Source: a bacterium (GTDB taxonomy: Bacteria > Arandabacterota > Arandabacteria > Arandabacterales > JALGWA01). From it: a DNA stretch of 38,005 nucleotides. The position numbers and the translations under genes were made by a program. How positions within the stretch are numbered: position 1 is the first letter of the stretch; each line of letters opens with the position of its first letter. Positions 9,914-16,921 of this stretch are shown here, in pieces. The notes below the pieces were generated by a model. The model was given only the letters and a program-made list of their open reading frames with translations. It was not told the DNA's origin and made no database searches. The DNA lies in assembly GCA_050125095.1 (NCBI GenBank), contig JASFEA010000012.1, forward strand, positions 1 to 38,005. The letters are read 5' to 3'.

Positions 9914-10679
9914 AAGGACGGTTACCCTTCTTGTACCCCTGGACATTTACGGGGATACTCTTGAGAGCTTCTACGAGGAGCTGCGCGGGCGCTTGAAAGA
10001 GCAGCCCGAGGAAATACGTCTCGACTGCTCGCTTCTGGAGCACGCTACTTCAGCGCACATCAACACCCTCTGGCATGCACAGAGCAAATGCGAGGATGCA
10101 GGCGTGTCCGTCAAGCTCATCTCGGTCACCTACGGGCTTGAGCGAGTGCTTGCCGTCCTCGACCTGCGCGACCTCTTCGTTGTCGAACGCGACGAAGTCG
10201 AGGCGAGGGCCGGGAAGTATCGGCCGGTGCGCGACGAAGAGGCCCCCGACGCGCTGTCGCTGGCGGTGGCGCCCACTGTTGAGGGTATAAGCGAGGGCAT
10301 GCAGTGCCTTCATGACTACCTTCTGGGGTTGAACCATGGGGAGATGTTCGCGTTCGATCTTGAGACGGTCTTCTATGAGGTCACAACGAATATCCGGCTT
10401 CATGGTGATCTGCCTGAGGGCGAATACATAAGTTTTACCGCCGCCGCCCGCAACGGCTCGGTACACCTGTGCTTCGAAGACCAGGGGGCATGTTTCGACC
10501 CGACCAGCCGTAGAATCGATTTCGATCCCCAGAGAGCCATAAGCCAACGGCAGACACGTGGATTCGGGCTGGCGATGATCAGGAAATTGGTGGACGGCAT
10601 TTCATATGAACGGCAGAACGACAGCATCAACACCCTGAATCTCGAGAAGAAGATCAATTGGAATGGAGGGCAGTTCTAA
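9897..10679 (+). CDS. STAS domain fused to RsbW-like anti-sigma Ser kinase (HATPase_c)
   Basis: N-half is STAS-like (IRLDCSLLEHATSAH, LERVLAVLDL). C-half has GHKL boxes EVTTNIRLHG, EDQGACFDP, RGFGLAMIRKLVD. Confidence 0.82.
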   Translation: MSVRARRTVTLLVPLDIYGDTLESFYEELRGRLKEQPEEIRLDCSLLEHATSAHINTLWHAQSKCEDAGVSVKLISVTYGLERVLAVLDLRDLFVVERDEVEARAGKYRPVRDEEAPDALSLAVAPTVEGISEGMQCLHDYLLGLNHGEMFAFDLETVFYEVTTNIRLHGDLPEGEYISFTAAARNGSVHLCFEDQGACFDPTSRRIDFDPQRAISQRQTRGFGLAMIRKLVDGISYERQNDSINTLNLEKKINWNGGQF

Positions 10680-11026
10680 TGATATCAGAGAAGCGACTGG
10701 GCATCGAGACGATAGTCCTTAAACCCGGCAAGGCTCTGGACAACACGAACGCGCATGAAATGACTGAAGCAATATGCAAAGCCCAGGGAGAGGGTTTCAA
10801 GAACATAATCCTCGACATGGAGGAACTGCAGCTCCTGTCGTCCGCCGGCGTGGGGTCGATTCTCGGAACCGTCGAAATCTCGAGGGACATGGGGGGAGAT
10901 ATAGTACTCTGCGGCGCCGGCGACAAGATCGTGCACATACTGGAAGTGCTCGACCTCTGCGACTATCTGACCATCAAGTCCAAAGACGAAGTAGATAAGC
11001 AGTACCATATGCAAGAGGTGAACTGA
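10679..11026 (+). CDS. STAS anti-sigma-factor antagonist (RsbV/SpoIIAA-like)
   Basis: TAATG overlap gives ATG at 10679. IILDMEELQLLSSAGVG carries the phospho-Ser motif. Confidence 0.9.
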   Translation: MISEKRLGIETIVLKPGKALDNTNAHEMTEAICKAQGEGFKNIILDMEELQLLSSAGVGSILGTVEISRDMGGDIVLCGAGDKIVHILEVLDLCDYLTIKSKDEVDKQYHMQEVN

Positions 11027-12672
11027 TGAACGACGTCCCGGAGGGACATGGCCAGGCGACGGCTGTGACGGAAGCGCCAAAAGAGCCTCTCGAGAGGAGG
11101 CTCCTGGCGCTGGACGCGCTTTCGAAGCTCGCCAGGCAGTTCTCCGCAAAACCCGACTTCGAGCATCTCATGAGCGTGCTTCTCATGACGCTGTGCGGGC
11201 AGTTCTCGGTCGGAAATGCGGTGGCCATATTGAAGCGCCCTCATTCGGGCTCATGCGGTCGGACTTTCTTCGCCACCGGGCGGTTCCGGAATAGCAGTGG
11301 ACTCGCCGGGCTGGACATCTCAAGCGAGAGCTGCTCGGCGCTTATGGGCGGGCAAAGCTCATGCAAGCTTAAGGACCTTGACCTGTCCGACAGGCATTCG
11401 GGGATCATCCCCGTCTTGAGAGAGCAGGGCGTAGGCCTTGTATGTCCATTGATTCATGACGACGACCTCCTCGGGATCATCGGAATCGGAGACAGGGTAA
11501 CAGGTAAGGAGTTCGACCGGGAAGAGGTAGAACTGATAGTCGCGATTATTGATACGATCACTCCATTTCTGGCGAACACGTATCTATTCTGGGAAATAGG
11601 CAGGCTGAATACCTGGTATCTGGACATACTGAACAGCGTGAAGCAGGGGGTGTTCGTGTTTGACTCCTTCAACAGGCTTAAGAAGATAAACACAGCCGGA
11701 CTGGATATATACCAGGCCTTCGCCCGGGGTATTTCAGACGCCGGCGAGATCTGTGGGAAGCCCATCGAGCAGGTCTTTCCGCCCCACGCTTTCGGCGGCC
11801 TTGTGCCTGATGTGATGACTTCGAAGATCGCCGGCGGGAGCGCGGGTGCGAAGAGCTTCGTGGCGCGCGGCAAGAATGCGAACCGGGTATACAACCTGCG
11901 TTTGAGCGAGAGCAGGGAGGGTGACGAGAACGGGACGGATCTCATAATGACTCTGGACGACATCACCGCACAGAGAGAGGCTGAGGAGAGGCTCTTTAAT
12001 CTCCAGCAGCTCGCCGACCGCGGTGTTATGGCGTCGGCCATATCCCACGAGCTGAGGAACTTCCTGGGCCTTCTCCTGGGAGGGTTGGAGCTCACTCAGG
12101 TTGCAATTACAAGGGGTGAGGGAGACAAGGCCGATGAGCACATAGACAAGCTCAAATCGACGGTTGAGAACCTCGAGAAGTTCGCATCGGGCCTCATGGA
12201 TTATAATAAGTTCGAAGTTGACAAGCAGACATCAAGCCTCAACGGCGTGATCAGCGATGTGATTTCCTTTATATCGGGCCAGCAGCACTTCAAAGACATA
12301 ACCATCACGGCAGACCTCGACACAGACCTGCCCGAGGTCATGATAGACGCCGATAAGATCGCGCAGCTGCTCCTCAACCTTCTCCACAACGGGGCCGACG
12401 CTATCCTGGAGGCCGGCCGCTCCGACGGCGAGATCATGGTCGGGACGTTCTCGGATGAATCCGAAGTGGTGTTGATCATCTCCGATAACGGCGCCGGCGT
12501 CAGTCCTGATATCAAAGACAGCCTTTTCAAGAAGAGGTTGACCACCAAGAAGCACGGGCATGGCTACGGCCTGGTGACATGTGCGAGCATCATAGAGGGG
12601 CACAATGCTACGGTGACCGTTGACTCGGAGCCAAACGAGGGTTCGGTCTTCACCTTCCGATTCCCCGTATAG
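11026..12672 (+). CDS. Cytoplasmic GAF/PAS sensor histidine kinase
   Basis: TGATG overlap. GAF-like (CPLIHDDDLLGIIGIG), PAS end DDIT, H-box SHELRNFL, N-box NLLHNGADA, DNGAG, GHGYGL. Confidence 0.9.
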   Translation: MNDVPEGHGQATAVTEAPKEPLERRLLALDALSKLARQFSAKPDFEHLMSVLLMTLCGQFSVGNAVAILKRPHSGSCGRTFFATGRFRNSSGLAGLDISSESCSALMGGQSSCKLKDLDLSDRHSGIIPVLREQGVGLVCPLIHDDDLLGIIGIGDRVTGKEFDREEVELIVAIIDTITPFLANTYLFWEIGRLNTWYLDILNSVKQGVFVFDSFNRLKKINTAGLDIYQAFARGISDAGEICGKPIEQVFPPHAFGGLVPDVMTSKIAGGSAGAKSFVARGKNANRVYNLRLSESREGDENGTDLIMTLDDITAQREAEERLFNLQQLADRGVMASAISHELRNFLGLLLGGLELTQVAITRGEGDKADEHIDKLKSTVENLEKFASGLMDYNKFEVDKQTSSLNGVISDVISFISGQQHFKDITITADLDTDLPEVMIDADKIAQLLLNLLHNGADAILEAGRSDGEIMVGTFSDESEVVLIISDNGAGVSPDIKDSLFKKRLTTKKHGHGYGLVTCASIIEGHNATVTVDSEPNEGSVFTFRFPV

Positions 12673-12729
12673 CGAGTATCCTGCCGCGGGCCGACGCTCA
12701 ATCGGCGCTTCGTAATCCCCGGCTGCCTG

Positions 12730-13062
12730 CTATCTGATCATGGTTAGAACCATCTTGAAGGGCGTCACGGCGCGCAGCGCATGCGGCTCGCTGGCAGGCA
12801 TTATGATCATATCACCCTGGCTGAGATTGAAGGGCTTTCCGGAGATCATTATCTCGGCTTCCCCGTCGAGCACATAGACCATCGCGTCGAATGGAGCGGT
12901 GTGCTCGCTGAGACCCTGTCCCCCGGCGAAGGCGAAGACAGTAATGGTGCCGGTTTTCTTGTCTATAACCGTTCTGCTTACGACGGAGCCCTCCTGGTAG
13001 TCCACGAGTTCCGCCATGCTCAGCACCTCTGACAGTGGTGCGGCGCCTGAATCATGGGGCAT
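12730..13062 (-). CDS. Cupin domain protein
   Basis: GQGLSEHTAP and MPASEPHAL cupin motifs; AGGAGG SD upstream. Confidence 0.9.
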   Translation of the reverse strand: MPHDSGAAPLSEVLSMAELVDYQEGSVVSRTVIDKKTGTITVFAFAGGQGLSEHTAPFDAMVYVLDGEAEIMISGKPFNLSQGDMIIMPASEPHALRAVTPFKMVLTMIR

Positions 13063-13091
13063 AGTTTTCCTCCTGATTATCTATATCGATA

Positions 13092-13655
13092 TTACTTAAG
13101 CTGCTTCCGCATTATGGGCCTTGTCGGCGACCTGCGGGCGACTTCCGCGAAGCCGGCGCCTCGGTAGGCCGACACCGGCCCGTGGTAGGCGAAGGTATCG
13201 GGCGTCTTTCCCTTCCTTGGATCGACAGCATAGCCCTCCACGACCTTCGCGCCATTCTTGCGGGCGAAACTCGCCGCGGCCTTCAGCAGCCTGACGCTTA
13301 TCCCCTTCTTGCGGTGGCTCTTCGTTATGAACAGGCAGACTATGGACCAGACGGGCTCGGCATCGACCGGTTTCAATATCCTTGATCTCTCAAGGCGCGG
13401 GAAATGCGAGCGGGGAGCCACGGAGCACCAGGCGACGGCTTCGCCGTCAAGATAGGCTATTATGCCGGGGATCTGTCCCGATTTAACGAGTTTCCGCATG
13501 GCCCTGCGGTTGGGCTCACCCTTGCTGGCCTCGAATTCCTTCGCGCTCAGGCGCCACCACATGCACCAGCAGCCGCCGCAGGCGCCCTTCTCCCCGAAGA
13601 GCGCCTCGAAGTCTTTCCAGGTGTCCGCCGTGAGCGGACGGAACTTAAGCATCAT
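13092..13655 (-). CDS. GNAT N-acetyltransferase with CxxCxC N-terminal motif
   Basis: CGGCWCMWW, WSIVCLFI, HRKKGIS acetyl-CoA motif, VEGY; ATGA overlap with the upstream gene. Confidence 0.85.
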   Translation of the reverse strand: MMLKFRPLTADTWKDFEALFGEKGACGGCWCMWWRLSAKEFEASKGEPNRRAMRKLVKSGQIPGIIAYLDGEAVAWCSVAPRSHFPRLERSRILKPVDAEPVWSIVCLFITKSHRKKGISVRLLKAAASFARKNGAKVVEGYAVDPRKGKTPDTFAYHGPVSAYRGAGFAEVARRSPTRPIMRKQLK

Positions 13656-14314
13656 TCGTCCCGGGCAGGGTAACCTACCGTCTGCGTAAGCACTATGTGC
13701 CGCTCCGGTCCGAGTTTCATAACCTCCGAAAGGCGCTCACGGTCGAACCACCCGCGGACGACGGTTGCCAGCCCCTCAGATGCGCAGAAGAGATAGACGT
13801 TCTGGCTGATGAAACCCACGTCGGCGGCCGAGTAGACTTTCTTTTCCTCGTCTGAGGCCTGGCCCATCTTAGACAGGTCGGCTACGAAGACCAGGTTCAC
13901 CGGTGCGTCCTTCACAAAGGGCTGCATACCTGTGGCCCCGCGGATGTCCTCGGCCAGGACGGGCTTGAGGACGTTATTGTGGGGATCATATAAATAGAGG
14001 CCGCTCTCCAGGGCGACATAGATCTCGGTTTCCTGCCAGTTCATCGCCGATGGCGCCGTGCGCTTCCCGGAATCCGGGCGGTTTATGCCGAAGGCGGCCC
14101 ACAGAAGATCCGAGAGCGTCTGGGGCGGAAGGTCTTCCGGGGCGTATTCCCGTTGAGTCGACCTTGCTTTCAGCGCCTCCATCAGAGGCATCCCGCCCTT
14201 CATATTAGGTTCAGGCAATTCAATCGGCTTGAGTTCATTGCCCTCTGCAAAGGCGGATGATGCCAGGGCCGCCAATGTAAGAAGGGTCATGATCGCGAAT
14301 GTGGATTTCCTCAT
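13652..14314 (-). CDS. Nitroreductase / SagB-ThcOx-family FMN oxidoreductase with signal peptide
   Basis: GGAGG SD, MRKSTF signal peptide, LKARSTQREY, RTAPSA, SQNVYL. Confidence 0.88.
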   Translation of the reverse strand: MRKSTFAIMTLLTLAALASSAFAEGNELKPIELPEPNMKGGMPLMEALKARSTQREYAPEDLPPQTLSDLLWAAFGINRPDSGKRTAPSAMNWQETEIYVALESGLYLYDPHNNVLKPVLAEDIRGATGMQPFVKDAPVNLVFVADLSKMGQASDEEKKVYSAADVGFISQNVYLFCASEGLATVVRGWFDRERLSEVMKLGPERHIVLTQTVGYPARDE

Positions 14315-14345
14315 ATCAGCCTCCAGATTTAATTTTGTCAGATGA

Positions 14346-15131
14346 CTATTCTGACTCTTCTTCAAAGTCAAGTGAAGCGGAATTTATGCAGTACCGCTGA
14401 CCCGTCGGCTTCGGTCCGTCCTCGAAGACATGTCCCAGATGGGCCCTGCAACTGCTGCACAGCACCTCCACGCGCTTCATGCCGTGGCTCTCGTCCGACT
14501 GTGTCGCCACCGAGGCCTCGTCCACCGGAGCGTAGAAACTCGGCCATCCGGAGCCAGAGTCATACTTGGTATCGGAACTGAATAGCGGCTGCCCGCAGGC
14601 CCCACACCTGTAAATGCCGGGCTTCTTGTTGTCCCAGTATTCGCCGGTGAAGGCCCGTTCCGTGCCCTTCTCCCGCATTATTCGGTACTCCTCTGGAGTC
14701 AATCTGGCTTTCCATTCCTCTTCGGTCAGGGCGAGATTGTCATCGAGGTACTTGTCCGGATCGGCCTTAAGCTTCTCACCGCAGGCGGAGCAACACACGT
14801 AATACTTCTTGCCCTCAATCTCAACATACGGCGTGCTCTCGCCCACTTCAAACCCATTCCCGTTGACGGGGCAGATTAGGGTCTCGCCCTTCCGCGCCTC
14901 AGCCGAGCTGTATGTCTGGCGCATTCCGCTATCCTCCTTGCCGCAGTCGGCCGCTGTTCCGCTCCGTTCCGGAGCCCCGGTTCCCATTGTGCCGCATGAA
15001 GCCCCTGTCTTGGCGCCCGCGCCTGCGCCCGGACAACATGAACCACCCGCCCGGGCGGCGGGCCCCGCCACCATGAGTGCCATAGCCGCAAAACCTGCAG
15101 CGGCGACTATTCTAAATCCTACCGACTTCAT
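14346..15131 (-). CDS. msrB: Exported peptide-methionine (R)-S-oxide reductase with N-terminal YHS/TRASH-like domain
   Basis: KGTERAF, CGAC and CSSC Zn ligands, [21 protein letters not shown]. Upstream CPV...YYVCCSAC domain and signal peptide. Start chosen at ATG 15131 after a GAGGT SD. Confidence 0.9.
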   Translation of the reverse strand: MKSVGFRIVAAAGFAAMALMVAGPAARAGGSCCPGAGAGAKTGASCGTMGTGAPERSGTAADCGKEDSGMRQTYSSAEARKGETLICPVNGNGFEVGESTPYVEIEGKKYYVCCSACGEKLKADPDKYLDDNLALTEEEWKARLTPEEYRIMREKGTERAFTGEYWDNKKPGIYRCGACGQPLFSSDTKYDSGSGWPSFYAPVDEASVATQSDESHGMKRVEVLCSSCRAHLGHVFEDGPKPTGQRYCINSASLDFEEESE

Positions 15132-15171
15132 AATATACCTCACCTTCAAGCCTGCCTCCCCATCCTTATCT

Positions 15172-15199
15172 TTAGATGTGTATCCGGGCTCTATGTTGC
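15172..15199 (-). promoter_or_regulatory. Possible ECF-type promoter for the msrB operon
   Basis: Minus strand reads GCAAC-N16-CATCTAA about 40 nt upstream of msrB. Confidence 0.35.
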
Positions 15200-15229
15200 C
15201 CGGTTTGGCGCGATCGGCTGTTTCGCCCG

Positions 15230-15257
15230 TCAAGCGGGCCTCCTGAATTGTCGATAG
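15230..15257 (+). promoter_or_regulatory. Sigma28 (FliA/SigD/WhiG)-like promoter, pilin 1
   Basis: TCAAG-N15-GTCGATAG ending 6 nt before the ATG. Confidence 0.55.
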
Positions 15258-15263
15258 AAGTAT

Positions 15264-15656
15264 ATGAGATGTGAACGGGAACACGACCGTCGCGGCCAGG
15301 GCGGCTTCACGCTGGTGGAGCTCGCGGTCGTCCTGATCATCATATCGATTCTCGTGGCCATATCCATTGCCGCTTACGGCCGCATGAGGGACAACGCTTA
15401 CCGCGCTGAATGCAGGTCCAACCAGAGGGGCATTGTGCAGTCGGCCTACGTGTACTCCATGGACTTCGACGTTCCCGACGGGCAGATGAACGTCGAAGAC
15501 CTGTTTATGGCCGGGTATGTAATGGGGGACCTGTGCGAGTGTCCCAATGACGGGGCCCTGGACATGAATGACTATATAATCACCTGGGAGGACGGCCGAC
15601 CCGTGGATGTCGATTGCGACGAGGCGGGCGCCGACCACGACTGGGCCCCTAATTAG
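15264..15656 (+). CDS. Type IV pilin/pseudopilin-like protein 1
   Basis: Prepilin site GG|FTLVE, hydrophobic helix, CxSNQR, LCECP, C-terminal HDW. Confidence 0.88.
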   Translation: MRCEREHDRRGQGGFTLVELAVVLIIISILVAISIAAYGRMRDNAYRAECRSNQRGIVQSAYVYSMDFDVPDGQMNVEDLFMAGYVMGDLCECPNDGALDMNDYIITWEDGRPVDVDCDEAGADHDWAPN

Positions 15657-15688
15657 GTGCCGGCCCGCCTGCTGAGCCCTATCTCATA

Positions 15689-15727
15689 ATACCCTTAAAG
15701 GCCATACCCTTATAGGCCCCATAGGCC
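15689..15727. repeat. 15-bp tandem direct repeat ATACCCTTAWAGGCC x2 plus a partial copy
   Basis: 15689-15703 and 15704-15718 differ at one base; ATAGGCC recurs at 15721-15727. Confidence 0.8.
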
Positions 15728-15755
15728 TCAAGCATGCTCTTGCATCTGCCGATGT
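15728..15755 (+). promoter_or_regulatory. Sigma28-like promoter, pilin 2
   Basis: TCAAG-N15-GCCGATGT, same -35 and spacing as before pilin 1. Confidence 0.6.
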
Positions 15756-15765
15756 ATACGATGAG

Positions 15766-16155
15766 ATGGAAAGCAAGAGCAAATACATGTCGGGGCAGAG
15801 CGGCTTTACCCTCATAGAGCTCATGGTTGTGGTAGTCATTATCGGCATACTGGCGGCTATCGGCACCGCCAATTTCGCCCGAATGAGGGAGAACGCCAAG
15901 CTCGCCGGATGCGTCAGTAATCAGAGGCACATTTTCCAGACCGGATACAACTATGCCATATGGAACGCGGTACCCGACGGCGATATGAATGTCTCGGTGC
16001 TGGCCGCGGCCGGGTTTGCTCCGGACAACCTGTGCGAGTGCCCTTGCAGCAATAACCCTGACTTCAATGACTATACGATAACCTGGCTGGATGGCCTGCC
16101 TATCGATGTAACCTGCGATGTGGAGGGGGCGGTGCACGACTGGGAGCCGGAATAG
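15766..16155 (+). CDS. Type IV pilin/pseudopilin-like protein 2 (paralog of pilin 1)
   Basis: SG|FTLIE; shares RMRxNA, CxSNQR, VPDGxMNV, LCECP, NDYxITWxDG and HDW with pilin 1. Confidence 0.88.
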   Translation: MESKSKYMSGQSGFTLIELMVVVVIIGILAAIGTANFARMRENAKLAGCVSNQRHIFQTGYNYAIWNAVPDGDMNVSVLAAAGFAPDNLCECPCSNNPDFNDYTITWLDGLPIDVTCDVEGAVHDWEPE

Positions 16156-16189
16156 AGTAAAGGCCGATGGGGATCCCGACCCGCTTCTC

Positions 16190-16522
16190 CTAGAAGCGCA
16201 TTTTATCCGGGGGACGGCGCTCGGGAACGTGCCGGTGTTCGATCCTGCCCTCGTTCCAGTCCTTTGATACATAGAGATTGCAGTAGCAGCTCCCGTATTC
16301 CGCGACATCCGCTTCGCGGTAGGCGCAGGGGCAGATTATGTCGCGGTCCCATTCCGGGTCCTCGCCGGCGAGCCGGCAGGGGCAGCACATATAGCCGTAC
16401 CGCTCCTTGTTCAGGAGGAGGGCGTTCAAGAGGTCCATAACGTGCTCGCGGTCATTGGAAAAGAAGTAGCCCTTTGGCTCCTGGACCTTTCTGAGCATTT
16501 CATAGAGTTCTTCGGCATTCAT
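16190..16522 (-). CDS. Ferredoxin:thioredoxin/disulfide reductase catalytic subunit
   Basis: CPC...CPC...CYC motifs, RYG, PERR tail. Confidence 0.9.
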   Translation of the reverse strand: MNAEELYEMLRKVQEPKGYFFSNDREHVMDLLNALLLNKERYGYMCCPCRLAGEDPEWDRDIICPCAYREADVAEYGSCYCNLYVSKDWNEGRIEHRHVPERRPPDKMRF

Positions 16523-16537
16523 GCTTGAGCTCCGTTC

Positions 16538-16792
16538 CTAAAGGCCCAGGGCGGCCTTCAGCTTTCCTTCCTCGTTTCCCACGACAACTTCATCCCCGAT
16601 TAATATGGTGGGGAAAGTCGTGTTCGGATTGTACTGCCTCATTTCCCTGATCATGTCCTTGCGTTCCTGGCCCTGAAGAAGGTCCACGTCTACGAATTCA
16701 TAATCGACTCCGTGGTCCGCCATCCACTTCTTCGCGGCCTTGCAATGGCCGCACGTGCTCAGTGTGTACATCTTGACCTTGCCCTGATTCAT
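16538..16792 (-). CDS. Glutaredoxin/NrdH-like redoxin
   Basis: YTLSTCGHC, TFP cis-Pro motif, GGAGG SD. Confidence 0.92.
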   Translation of the reverse strand: MNQGKVKMYTLSTCGHCKAAKKWMADHGVDYEFVDVDLLQGQERKDMIREMRQYNPNTTFPTILIGDEVVVGNEEGKLKAALGL

Positions 16793-16818
16793 CTCTATTC
16801 CTCCGTATCAATAATGGC

Positions 16819-16904
16819 CCGGGGCCGCAATGGCACGGCCCCGGCGCTTGCCTTATATTCTGACGCGCGACGGCCATATCGGATTCGCCCCTTATGGCCG
16901 CGCG
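16819..16904. other. Two adjacent GC-rich stem-loops between sppA and the glutaredoxin gene
   Basis: CCGGGGCCG/CGGCCCCGG (16819-16844) and CGGCCATA/TATGGCCG (16871-16900); no clear U-tract. Confidence 0.5.
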
Positions 16905-16921
16905 AAATGAACGCGCTGACC

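Noticed and set aside
15132-15638. N-terminal extension of the 430-aa MsrB ORF
   Set aside because: Antisense to pilin 1; ATG 15131 has an SD and begins a signal peptide.
14346-16792. Selenocysteine recoding in MsrB, FTR or glutaredoxin
   Set aside because: All catalytic positions are Cys codons in uninterrupted frames.
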